Below, one piece after another: positions 9,233-18,171 of a DNA stretch of 36,169 nucleotides. The position numbers and the translations under genes are program-made. Every line of letters starts with the position of its first letter. The stretch's first letter is position 1. This DNA comes from Gemmatimonadota bacterium (lineage in GTDB: Bacteria; Gemmatimonadota; Gemmatimonadetes; Gemmatimonadales; GWC2-71-9). The stretch lies in contig QHTY01000147.1 in NCBI GenBank assembly GCA_003220985.1, positions 1-36,169 on the forward strand, given 5' to 3'. Under the pieces are notes generated by a model that was given only the letters and a program-made list of their open reading frames with translations, was not told the DNA's origin and did no database searches.

Positions 9233-10960
9233 TCAGTAGCCGAGTGCACCGCCGGCGGAACGCGGGTCAGGCACACCAACCCATCCGCCCGCCGTGCGCT
9301 GTATGGCCTCCACGAGCCCCTGTCTACCGCGCCACGCGTCGATGCGATGTCCCATCGCCCGCAGCGCCTGGAGCGTCGCGTCGCTGAAACCTCCGTCCTC
9401 GTAGCGAATCACGTCGGGAAGAGCCTGGTGGTGGATCCGCGGTGCCGCCATCGCGGCACTCAGATCCATGCCTTGATCGAGGACATCGAGGATGACTTGA
9501 GCCACCGACGTGATGATCGTCGGACCCCCAGGCGTCCCGACCACCATTTCGAGCTGGCCACTCTTGTCGAGGACGATGGACGGCGTCATCGCCGAGAGCA
9601 TCCGCTTGCCGGGCTGGATGGCGTTGGCTTCGCCCTGCACGAGGCCGTACATGTTCGGCTTGCCGGGCGCCGAGGTGAAGTCGTCCATTTCATTGTTCAA
9701 GAGGAATCCGGCACCCGTGACGGTGACGCCGCTCCCGAACCCGCCGTTGAGCGTCGTGGTGACGGCCGCCGCGTTTCCCTGCGCGTCCACGATGGAGTAA
9801 TGCGTCGTGTTCATCCCTTCACGGCCCGTCGCGGCCGGCGGCGTGGGAGTCGCGTGCTGTGGATCGATCTGAGCCCGCAACGTGGCCGCGTACGGTTTCG
9901 AGAGCAAACGGTCGAGGGGCATGTCCACGAAGTCGGGGTCGCCCAGCCAGCGATTGCGGTCGATGAACGCTCGGCGCATCGCCTCGGTCAGGAGGTGTAC
10001 ATACGCCGGCGTCCCGAACCTGGGGATGGTGTCGAAGCCCTCGAGGATATTCAGGATCTCGCCCATCGTCACGCCGCCGGACGAGGGCGGCGGCATCGAG
10101 TAGATCGTAGAGCCGCGATAGGTGAGCCGCACCGGCGTACGCCACTTGGCCTGGTAGCGCCCCAAGTCTTCTTTCGTGATCAACCCCCCACCGCGGTGCA
10201 TCTCGGCGACGATCAGATCCGCGATCTGGCCGCGGTAGAAGACGTCAGGCCCGGAATCACTGATGAGCTGCAGCGTGCGCGCGAGGTCCGGTTGCTTCCA
10301 CGTGGTGCCGGGCGGGGGCGCGCTGTCGCCCGGCAAGAACTGCGTCCGGCTGGCGGGGAATCGCGCCAGCAGCTCCCGGTCGCCGGCGATGTTGCGGCTG
10401 CGATCCGCATCTATGACGTGGCCCCGTGCCAGCCGAATCGCGGGCGCCAGCAGCGTCGCCCACGGCAGCGAGCCGTAACGCTTCCAGGCCGCGTGGAGCC
10501 CCGCGACGCTTCCGGGGACGCCCGCGGCGAGGTGTCCGATGCGACTCTTGTCGGTGACATTCCCGGCGGAATCGACATACATGTCGCGGCTCGCGCCGGA
10601 CGGAGCCGCTTCGCGATAGTCGAGTGCCGCCACCTCGCCGGCGGCCGTGCGGTAGACGATGAACCCGCCGCCGCCGACGTTCCCCGCGACCGGATAGACG
10701 ACTTCCAGCGCGAACGCCACGGCTACCGCGGCATCGATGGCGTTCCCACCCTCCTTCAGGATCTCCACGCCGGCTTGTGTAGCGAGCGGATGGGCCGTGA
10801 CGACCATGGCATGAGGCGCCGTCACCGGCTGCGAGCGCAATGTCCACGTCGCGGGGATGATGGGGGCGCCGCGGATGACCGGCGCGGGCGTTTCTGGTGG
10901 ACGGACGCCGCCGCATCCGGCGGCCGCCAAGGCGATGATTACAGCGAGGATCTTTCGCAT
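9233..10960 (-). CDS. ggt: Gamma-glutamyltransferase, lipoprotein
   Basis: GGNAIDAAVA, LDYREAAP, autocleavage TTHYS, LNNEMDDF, GTPGG; lipobox AAGC. Confidence 0.95.
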   Translation of the reverse strand: MRKILAVIIALAAAGCGGVRPPETPAPVIRGAPIIPATWTLRSQPVTAPHAMVVTAHPLATQAGVEILKEGGNAIDAAVAVAFALEVVYPVAGNVGGGGFIVYRTAAGEVAALDYREAAPSGASRDMYVDSAGNVTDKSRIGHLAAGVPGSVAGLHAAWKRYGSLPWATLLAPAIRLARGHVIDADRSRNIAGDRELLARFPASRTQFLPGDSAPPPGTTWKQPDLARTLQLISDSGPDVFYRGQIADLIVAEMHRGGGLITKEDLGRYQAKWRTPVRLTYRGSTIYSMPPPSSGGVTMGEILNILEGFDTIPRFGTPAYVHLLTEAMRRAFIDRNRWLGDPDFVDMPLDRLLSKPYAATLRAQIDPQHATPTPPAATGREGMNTTHYSIVDAQGNAAAVTTTLNGGFGSGVTVTGAGFLLNNEMDDFTSAPGKPNMYGLVQGEANAIQPGKRMLSAMTPSIVLDKSGQLEMVVGTPGGPTIITSVAQVILDVLDQGMDLSAAMAAPRIHHQALPDVIRYEDGGFSDATLQALRAMGHRIDAWRGRQGLVEAIQRTAGGWVGVPDPRSAGGALGY

Positions 10961-10965
10961 TCGTA

Positions 10966-10971
10966 ATCTTA
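10966..10971 (-). promoter_or_regulatory. Putative -10 box (TAAGAT) 5 nt before the ggt ATG, leaderless type
   Basis: Minus strand reads TAAGAT-tacga-ATG within the 28 bp divergent ggt/murQ gap. Confidence 0.45.
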
Positions 10972-10988
10972 TCGTCTAATTCTCCTCC

Positions 10989-11915
10989 ATGACAAACCTC
11001 GCTTTTCGGGACCCGCGGGCCACCGAGCAGCGCAATCCGCGTACCGAGCGCATCGATGTGGCCTCGAGTCTCGAGATCGTGGACCTGATGAATGGGGAGG
11101 ACGCGACGGTCGCGGGCGTCGTGCGCGGCGAACGCGAACGCATCGCGGCCGCCATCGACCTGATCGTCGAGGCATTCCGGGCCGGGGGCCGGCTGGTCTA
11201 CGTGGGTGCGGGGACATCCGGCCGTCTCGGCGTGCTCGACGCGACCGAATGCCCGCCGACATTTGGTGTGCCGCCGGCGATGGTGGTCGGCGTAATCGCG
11301 GGGGGCTACCCGGCGCTCGTGAAGAGCGCTGAAGGGGCGGAGGACGACGTCAATGCGGGTGGTGCGGCGATGGATACGGCGGGCGTCACGAATCGCGACG
11401 TCGTCGTCGGGATCGCCGCCAGCGGTACCACCCCGTACGTGCGTATGGCCCTATCCCGCGCGCAAACACTCGGCGCACGGACCGTCCTCGTCACCTGCTC
11501 GAAGCCACCGAAGGTCCTCGCCGAGACCTGCGACGTCGTCATCAACCCGATCACGGGGCCCGAGGTGCTGACGGGATCCACGCGCCTCAAGGCCGGCACC
11601 GCGACCAAGCTGGTCCTCAACACGCTGACGACGGGGGCGATGATCCGGCTGGGGAAGGTGTACGGCAACCTCATGGTGGACCTGGTCGCCTTGAGCGCCA
11701 AGCTGCACGACCGCGGCGAGCGGATCGTGATGGAGTGTTGTGGCGTGAGTCGCGAGGAAGCGCGCGAGGCGATCACGGGGGCGGGCGGGAGCGTCAAGCT
11801 CGCGATCGTGATGGCGCGTCGCAAGGTCAGCGCCGCAGAGGCGCGCCGGCTGCTCGAGGCGGCCGGCGGCTTCGTCCGTCCCGTCGTCGGCGATCCGCCC
11901 GCCGTGACGCGATGA
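10989..11915 (+). CDS. murQ: N-acetylmuramic acid 6-phosphate etherase
   Basis: TEQRNPR, GAGTSGRLGVLDATECPPTFG, GIAASGTTPY, GPEVLTGSTRLKAGTA, GKVYGNLMVD. Confidence 0.96.
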   Translation: MTNLAFRDPRATEQRNPRTERIDVASSLEIVDLMNGEDATVAGVVRGERERIAAAIDLIVEAFRAGGRLVYVGAGTSGRLGVLDATECPPTFGVPPAMVVGVIAGGYPALVKSAEGAEDDVNAGGAAMDTAGVTNRDVVVGIAASGTTPYVRMALSRAQTLGARTVLVTCSKPPKVLAETCDVVINPITGPEVLTGSTRLKAGTATKLVLNTLTTGAMIRLGKVYGNLMVDLVALSAKLHDRGERIVMECCGVSREEAREAITGAGGSVKLAIVMARRKVSAAEARRLLEAAGGFVRPVVGDPPAVTR

Positions 11916-13051
11916 GCGACACGCTCGCGGTCGGCGTGATGTCGGGGACATCGCTCGACGGGATCTCGACGGCCCTGGTACGACTGCGGGACGGTGCCGG
12001 AGGCGCGGAGCTCGTCGCCTTCCGCCAGGAGCCGTACAGCTCGGCGGAGCGGGGCGCAATCATCGACGCGATGGCACGCGGCACGCCGAAGGACGTGGCG
12101 TTTTTGCACGTCGCGCTGGGCGAACGGTTTGCCGCTGCCGTCCTCGGCTTGCTGGCGCAGGCGCGCGCGTCGCCCAAAGATCTGTCGTTTATCGCATCCC
12201 ACGGCCAAACGATCTGGCATGAGCCCGGGCGCGCGACGTTCCAGCTCGGCGACGCTGCCGTGCTGGCCGAGCGCGTCGGCGTTCGCGTGGTGAGCGATTT
12301 TCGCGCGCGCGACGTGGCGGCGGGAGGGCAGGGCGCGCCGCTCGTGCCGCTCGCCGATGTCATGCTGTTCGGGCATGAACAGCACGGGCGCTGGCTGCTG
12401 AACGTCGGCGGGATGGCGAATGTCACGTGGGTGCCGCGGCGCGGTGTGGCCGAGGGTGCGTTTGCGTTCGACACCGGCCCGGGCGTCGCCGTGATCGACG
12501 CGATCACGCGGCGCCTGGATCCGGACGCGCCGTACGACCGCGATGGCGAGCGCGCCCGCCGCGGCCGGCCGGTCGCTAAGCTCCTCGAGGAGCTGTTGGC
12601 GGATCCGTATTTCGATCAGCCGCCGCCCAAGAGCACGGGGCGCGAGCGGTTCGGGATCGATTACGCCGACAAGGTGCTCGCGCGTGTCAAGAAAGCCGGC
12701 GGCTCCGACAATGACGCGATCGCCACTGCGACGGCGCTCACGGCGGAATCGATCGGGCGGGCGATTGCGCGTTGGGGGGAAGGGAGAAGGGGGACGGGGG
12801 ACGGGGAAATCGCGGAGGTGGTGATCTCGGGTGGCGGCGCCAAGAATCCCGCGCTGGTCGAACGACTGGCCGCAAAGATCCAGCCGCGCCCCGTCGTGCT
12901 ATTCGATCAGCTGTTCTTCGACGGCGAGGCGAAAGAAGCGGTCGCGTTCGCGTTTCTCGGCATGCAGACCGTGTCCGGGAAGCCGGGCAATCTGCCGGCG
13001 GCGACGGGCGCGCGGGGACCGCGCGTGTTGGGACACATCACGCCCGCATGA
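11912..13051 (+). CDS. anmK: Anhydro-N-acetylmuramic acid kinase
   Basis: GVMSGTSLDG, SHGQTIWH, DFRARDVAAGGQGAPLVP, PKSTGRERF, KEAVAFA; ATG 11912 overlaps the murQ stop. Confidence 0.95.
   Translation: MSDTLAVGVMSGTSLDGISTALVRLRDGAGGAELVAFRQEPYSSAERGAIIDAMARGTPKDVAFLHVALGERFAAAVLGLLAQARASPKDLSFIASHGQTIWHEPGRATFQLGDAAVLAERVGVRVVSDFRARDVAAGGQGAPLVPLADVMLFGHEQHGRWLLNVGGMANVTWVPRRGVAEGAFAFDTGPGVAVIDAITRRLDPDAPYDRDGERARRGRPVAKLLEELLADPYFDQPPPKSTGRERFGIDYADKVLARVKKAGGSDNDAIATATALTAESIGRAIARWGEGRRGTGDGEIAEVVISGGGAKNPALVERLAAKIQPRPVVLFDQLFFDGEAKEAVAFAFLGMQTVSGKPGNLPAATGARGPRVLGHITPA
12775..12809 (+). repeat. Degenerate heptamer tandem repeat (GGGRGAM, about 5 units) inside anmK
   Basis: GGGGGAA GGGAGAA GGGGGAC GGGGGAC GGGGAAA. 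Confidence 0.6.
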
Positions 13052-14490
13052 TTCTGCCTCCCCTCCCGCGTGCGCGCCTCGTGTGTCCGGCGCTGCGCTG
13101 GCGACGCGGCTCCTTCAAGTCCGAACGCACGAAAATCGAGCAAGCGCTGGCCGCTGGAGTGGGCGGATTCATTCTCTTTGGCGGCACGCGCGCCGCCGTG
13201 ACCGCGCTCGCGAGAGCACTGCGCGACGTTGCCGGCCGTCCACTGCTGCTCGGCTCGGACTTCGAGCGGGGGCCGGGGCAACAGGTGAAGGGTCTCACCG
13301 AGCTGCCGCCGCCCGCCGCGCTCGGGTATCTCAACGATCTCGATGCCACGTATGCCGCGGCGTCGATAACCGCCACCGAAGCGCGCGCGGTCGGGCTCAA
13401 CTGGATATTCGCGCCGGTCTGCGATCTCGACATCGAGCCGAAGAACCCGATCGTGCAGACGCGCTCGTTCGCTGCTGATCCGGAACGCGTGGCGGCGCAT
13501 GCGGCCGCCTGGATTCGTGGTTGCCAGGAACATGGGGCGCTTGCGTGTGCCAAGCACTACCCCGGACATGGGCGGACCACGACGGACTCGCACGAAGGCC
13601 TTCCCATTGTCGAGGCAATGGGTGACGACGTGCAGCGCACCGACGTCGCGCCGTTCAAAGCGGCCGTGGACGCCGGCGTTGGGAGTGTCATGCCGGCGTT
13701 CGTCGCCTACCCGCGCTGGGACGCGAGCGGCTCTGCCGCGACGTTCTCTCCGATCATACTCGGGTATCTGCGCGACACCCTGAGGTTCAGCGGGCTCACG
13801 GTAACGGATGCCTTCATCATGGGCGGCGCGACTGCGGCGGCGCCGGAGGGTGAAGCGGCAGCGGCGGCGATCGCCGCCGGGTGCGACATGCTGCTGTATC
13901 CGACGGATTGGGCTGGTGTCGTCCACGCGCTGGAAGGCGTCCCGGCTGCGAGGGCTGAGGAGGCACTGGCGAGATACGAGAAAAGCCTCGGGGAGTGGGG
14001 GATGGGGGACGCGGGACGGGTGGACGACGCGATGCTAGTCGAGCATCAGAAGTTCGCCGATAGTCTATCTGATCGAGCCGTTCATCTGATTCGTGGGACG
14101 TCGCCAGCGCTTTCGAAATCCCTTGCCGTCACGATTGTCGACGACGACGTCGGAGGTCCATACACGATCCCGCCGCGCGACGTGTTTGCCAAGACCTTAG
14201 CAACGCAGGGGGTACGGTTTCCCAGAAACCGGACACCTGACACCCGACACCTGATCCTCGTATACGCGGAGCCGAGATCGTGGAAGGGCCGCGCCGATCT
14301 GGGCGCGCAGTCAGTCGCGAAGCTCGAGCGGCTGGTGCCTGGGGCATCACTCGTGGTCTTGTTCGCGCATCCGCGGCTGGCTGCCCAAATCCCAGGTGAC
14401 GTGCCAGTCGTGTGCGCCTGGCATGGGCAGGCGTTGATGCAACGGGCAGCGGCGCGCTGGGTTCAAGCTGCCGGTGTACAGCGCGGATAG
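13048..14490 (+). CDS. nagZ: GH3 beta-N-acetylhexosaminidase (NagZ-like)
   Basis: KHYPGHGRTTTDSH NagZ signature, APVCDL, TDAFIM; ATG 13048 overlaps the anmK stop. Confidence 0.85.
   Translation: MILPPLPRARLVCPALRWRRGSFKSERTKIEQALAAGVGGFILFGGTRAAVTALARALRDVAGRPLLLGSDFERGPGQQVKGLTELPPPAALGYLNDLDATYAAASITATEARAVGLNWIFAPVCDLDIEPKNPIVQTRSFAADPERVAAHAAAWIRGCQEHGALACAKHYPGHGRTTTDSHEGLPIVEAMGDDVQRTDVAPFKAAVDAGVGSVMPAFVAYPRWDASGSAATFSPIILGYLRDTLRFSGLTVTDAFIMGGATAAAPEGEAAAAAIAAGCDMLLYPTDWAGVVHALEGVPAARAEEALARYEKSLGEWGMGDAGRVDDAMLVEHQKFADSLSDRAVHLIRGTSPALSKSLAVTIVDDDVGGPYTIPPRDVFAKTLATQGVRFPRNRTPDTRHLILVYAEPRSWKGRADLGAQSVAKLERLVPGASLVVLFAHPRLAAQIPGDVPVVCAWHGQALMQRAAARWVQAAGVQRG
13990..14017 (+). repeat. 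Degenerate heptamer tandem repeat (GGGGGAY-like, 4 units) inside nagZ
   Basis: GGGGAGT GGGGGAT GGGGGAC GCGGGAC. Confidence 0.55.
14222..14254 (+). repeat. Heptamer tandem repeat (CCNGACA, about 4.5 units) inside nagZ
   Basis: CCAGAAA CCGGACA CCTGACA CCCGACA CCTGA. Confidence 0.6.
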
Positions 14491-15589
14491 GCGCGTGGAC
14501 CGCACCGAACCGCCGGAGGCGCGCAGCCACCACCTCGTGGATACTCTGCGGCTATGGACGTACCGTGTTCCGGCTACGCACGCGGCGGTCCTTCCGCCCC
14601 ACACGCAGCATCCCAATCCGCTGGTCATCGGTGATTCCGTCGTGGCGTCCGTGTTCTCCCCCGGCGCGATCTACTCTGTGCACAAGGCGACCGGCGAACT
14701 GCAGTGGTTTTCCCAGTTGGATGGTTTCGCCGGAGCACAAGTCGTCGCTGCTGATGGGTGGATCTTTGCGAAGTCCAGCAAGACGTTGTATTGCCTCGAC
14801 GCGGCGCAGGGCACTCGGCAGTGGTCTTTTTCCCCAATCCCGAACAGCCGGGAGACGATCTACTCCTGCCCGACATATCACCAGGCCCGAGTCTTCATCG
14901 GCGACCGTGCTGGCATGTTTCATTGTCTCGATGCGGCATCGGGCCGTTTGCTCTGGGCGAAGAAGGTCTCGACTGAGCGGAACAATCAAGTGAATGCGAC
15001 CGCCGCGATCCACGACGACATCGCGGTGATCGGGTGCAATGCGGGCCTCATCGCGGCATACGACATCCCGACGGGCCGTGAGCTATGGCAGCAGTCGATC
15101 GACGGGCCGTGCGTCGACGAGATCCTGGCACAAAGGGGCCAGGTCTTCGCAACAACGGCGGATTCGATCTACGCGCTGGATGCCGCCACCGGGGACATCG
15201 CGTTTCGCAGGCAATGGCCGTCGCTGCAGGTGCGGGCCGTCACGCTCTGCCGGGACTCTATCGTGAGCGTCCTCAGAGATCGGACGCGGCGTGACGCAGA
15301 GACACTGCGCGGGGCGCTGGTGGCGTTCAACGGGGCGAAAGACCTTTTCCACGTTCCGGCGGCCGAGTTCGTCGTCGCAATTCGTTTTCACGAGGGCTCG
15401 GGCCTGATATTCGAGACGCGGCTGGATGGGCTCGGAATCGTGGACCCTGCAACGGGCGGCCGGCTGCACAACATCCATCGCGACGACGATCTGTTTAGCT
15501 GCGGGCTGGTGGATGTCGACGCAGACAGGATCTACGCGATGGATATGGAGGGTACGATCTACGCGCTCCGATCGCCCATCGCCAGCTAA
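14474..15589 (+). CDS. PQQ-like (BamB-like) beta-propeller repeat protein
   Basis: Repeated LDAAxG..W blades (ATGELQW, LDAAQGTRQW, LDAASGRLLW, PTGRELW); start may be GTG at 14537; no signal peptide seen. Confidence 0.8.
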   Translation: MYSADRRVDRTEPPEARSHHLVDTLRLWTYRVPATHAAVLPPHTQHPNPLVIGDSVVASVFSPGAIYSVHKATGELQWFSQLDGFAGAQVVAADGWIFAKSSKTLYCLDAAQGTRQWSFSPIPNSRETIYSCPTYHQARVFIGDRAGMFHCLDAASGRLLWAKKVSTERNNQVNATAAIHDDIAVIGCNAGLIAAYDIPTGRELWQQSIDGPCVDEILAQRGQVFATTADSIYALDAATGDIAFRRQWPSLQVRAVTLCRDSIVSVLRDRTRRDAETLRGALVAFNGAKDLFHVPAAEFVVAIRFHEGSGLIFETRLDGLGIVDPATGGRLHNIHRDDDLFSCGLVDVDADRIYAMDMEGTIYALRSPIAS

Positions 15590-15590
15590 G

Positions 15591-17597
15591 CTACCGCTTC
15601 CGCACGATCGCCCGCGCCGGCGCTCCCTCGTGGCCTTTGACCTTGAGCGGTAAGACGATCAGATCGTAGTCGCCCGCCTGCACCGGTCGCAGGTCGAGTC
15701 CCTCCACGATGGGAATCCCGCGGCCCAGCAGAATCTGATGGGTCCGCGGCGCCGCCGCGCCGAACTGCTCGGCCGAGATGTAGTCCACGCCGACGAGCAC
15801 GACGCCGGCGTCCGCGAGGAGCTGCGCCGCGTCCGGAGCGATGTACGCGAAGTCCTTATGAAAGGCCGAGTCCATCCAGCTGCGCAGCGAGCTTCGCGTG
15901 CGGAACAACACACGCCTCGCGCCCCGCCAATCGTGCTTGGTGAGCTCCGCCGCGTCGATCGCCTGCACGCTGTCGGGGATGGCAATCACGCGTGCGGCGC
16001 CGATCAATGGCTCGAGCGCCACCTCATCGATGGGTGCACCGTTCGCGATGAAGTGCATCGGCGCGTCGATGTGCGTCCCACTGTGCGCGCCCAGCGAGTA
16101 GGCCGACAAGGTGAGCTTGTCGCCCTGCTTCATGTTCTTGAGAAAATCAAATCGCATCGGCGCATCGCCCTCGTAGATCGGCGTGCGCGCGGGATCGAGC
16201 GTCGCCGTCACATCGATCCATCCCTGCGCGCTCAGCTCCGGCTCGCGCGGCGCACACCCCGCCACCAAGCTGAGCAGCAACGTAAACCCTAATCCTGCGA
16301 TGCCGATGATCGTCTCGGCCACGGTCCATGTCTTCAGTGTCTGCGGCACAGTCATGTTGAAGAACTCCTTGATGAGCCAGAACCCCGCATCGTTCACGTG
16401 CGAAAGCACCAGCGAGCCGGCGCCCGTCGCGAGCACGAGCAGCTCGGCATTCGAGCCTGGAATCGCCGCCGCGATTGGCGCAACGATCCCCGCGCTCGTC
16501 GTCATCGCCACGGTCGCCGAGCCGGTGGCTACACGGATCAGTGCCGCAACGGTCCAGGCCAGGACCAGGGGCGAGGCGTGCGATCCCAGCGCGAGGTCGG
16601 CAACGGCTTTGCCCACTCCACTCTCGAGTAGCACGCGGTTGAAGCCACCGCCCGCGCCGATCACCAGCAGAATCGTGGCAGTGGGACCCAGGCAGTCATT
16701 CGCGAATTTGAGGATCTGATCGCGCGTAAAGTGCTGGCGGTATCCCAGCGACCAAAAAGAGAAGAGCAGGGCGATGAGCAGCGCGACGATCGGGCTGCCG
16801 ACGAAATCAATTGTTGCACGGATGGCGCTGGTTGTGTCGAGGGCGACGTCGGCGACACTCGCGGCGAGCATACCGATCACGGGCAGCAGCACCGTGAAGA
16901 GTGTGAGCCCGAAGCTCGGCATCTCGCGTGACGTGTCGCCGGACAACTGCGTGGCCATCGGATTGTGGGCGGGAAGCTGGATACGCGGCGTGATCCACGT
17001 GGCGAAGATCGGGCCCGCCAGCGCCGCGGTCGGCAGCCCGACCAGGATCGCATAGGCGATCGTGCGCCCGATGTCGGCGCGGTAGGCTTGGACCGCGAGC
17101 ATCGCCGCCGGATGCGGCGGCACCATTCCATGCACCACCGACAGCCCCGCGACCAGCGGAATTCCGATCTTCACGAGCGACAGTCCTGACCGGCGCGCAA
17201 TGGTGAATACCAGGGGAATCAGGAGCATGAAGCCCACTTGAAAGAACACGGGAATGCCGACGAGGAACGCGACGACCATGATTGCCCAGTGCACGCGTCG
17301 CTCTCCGAACAGCGCGATGAGCGTGGTCGCGATGCGCGCGGCACCGCCGGACTCCGCCATCATCTTGCCCAACATCGTGCCGAGGGCGACCACGACTGCG
17401 ACGAATCCCAGAACGCCACCGACGCCGTCCTGGAACGCTTTGACCACGGTGGAGAGCGGCATCCCCGCCGCTGCGCCCAGGCCAAGGGATACGACGACCA
17501 GCGCAACGAAGGGATGGAGTTTGAAGACCGCGATCAGGACGATCAGCGCAAGCACCGCCAGGAAGGCGTAGAGCAGCAGGAGCGTGTTTGGGCTCAT
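15591..17597 (-). CDS. gntP: GntP gluconate:H+ symporter fused to a cyclase (KynB-like metallohydrolase) domain
   Basis: GntP motifs KLHPF, HGMVPPHP, GSATVA, SHVNDAGFW in about aa 1-447; then HSGTHIDAPMH, GVDYIS and LPLKVKGHEGAPAR; no internal stop. Confidence 0.88.
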   Translation of the reverse strand: MSPNTLLLLYAFLAVLALIVLIAVFKLHPFVALVVVSLGLGAAAGMPLSTVVKAFQDGVGGVLGFVAVVVALGTMLGKMMAESGGAARIATTLIALFGERRVHWAIMVVAFLVGIPVFFQVGFMLLIPLVFTIARRSGLSLVKIGIPLVAGLSVVHGMVPPHPAAMLAVQAYRADIGRTIAYAILVGLPTAALAGPIFATWITPRIQLPAHNPMATQLSGDTSREMPSFGLTLFTVLLPVIGMLAASVADVALDTTSAIRATIDFVGSPIVALLIALLFSFWSLGYRQHFTRDQILKFANDCLGPTATILLVIGAGGGFNRVLLESGVGKAVADLALGSHASPLVLAWTVAALIRVATGSATVAMTTSAGIVAPIAAAIPGSNAELLVLATGAGSLVLSHVNDAGFWLIKEFFNMTVPQTLKTWTVAETIIGIAGLGFTLLLSLVAGCAPREPELSAQGWIDVTATLDPARTPIYEGDAPMRFDFLKNMKQGDKLTLSAYSLGAHSGTHIDAPMHFIANGAPIDEVALEPLIGAARVIAIPDSVQAIDAAELTKHDWRGARRVLFRTRSSLRSWMDSAFHKDFAYIAPDAAQLLADAGVVLVGVDYISAEQFGAAAPRTHQILLGRGIPIVEGLDLRPVQAGDYDLIVLPLKVKGHEGAPARAIVRKR

Positions 17598-18097
17598 GCC
17601 GCGCGCTTCACCAAATCGGCGACGATCGCGTCAGGCGTCTCGCGGATATCGCACACCCACGTGTGCTCGTCCGGTGCCGGTTCTTCCAGTGTGGCGGCCT
17701 GGCTGTCGAGCAGGGCCGGCGGCATGAAATGACCGCGCCGGTTGGCCAGGCGTTCGGCGAGGATTGCGCGGGTTCCCTTGAGATAGACGAAGCGTACGTC
17801 CGCGGCACCAACGGAGCGCAGCAGGTCACGATAGCTGCGTTTGAGTGCCGAACACGCGACGACCAGACCCACGCCCGCGCGCCTTGCGTCGCGCAATCGA
17901 CCCGCGATCGCGAGTAACCAAGGGCGGCGGTCGTCATCGGTCAGCGGGATGCCAGCCGCCATTCGCTCGACATTTTGAGCCGGGTGCAGGTCGTCGCCTT
18001 CGAGGAACGCGAGCTGGAGCGCGCGCGCGAGCTTCGCTCCGACTGTCGTCTTGCCGGAGCCCGAGACGCCCATGATTACGTAGAGTCCAGTGTGCAC
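17594..18097 (-). CDS. gntK: Gluconokinase
   Basis: MGVSGSGKT P-loop, EGDDLHP..N..MAAGIPLTDDDR.PWL, ACSALKRSYRD, HFMP; likely GTG start at 18097. Confidence 0.92.
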   Translation of the reverse strand: MHTGLYVIMGVSGSGKTTVGAKLARALQLAFLEGDDLHPAQNVERMAAGIPLTDDDRRPWLLAIAGRLRDARRAGVGLVVACSALKRSYRDLLRSVGAADVRFVYLKGTRAILAERLANRRGHFMPPALLDSQAATLEEPAPDEHTWVCDIRETPDAIVADLVKRAA

Positions 18098-18171
18098 AGC
18101 GTGGCCCAATCCTATCCCGCTAATGGATTCGGTGCTACGCTTACCGCAACGCCTTCGCGGAGCGCGCAACG

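Noticed and set aside
9188-10966. 592 aa + strand ORF and many other long overlapping ORFs
   Set aside because: Antisense or off-frame shadows of recognisable genes, expected in high-GC DNA; Arg-rich with no motifs.
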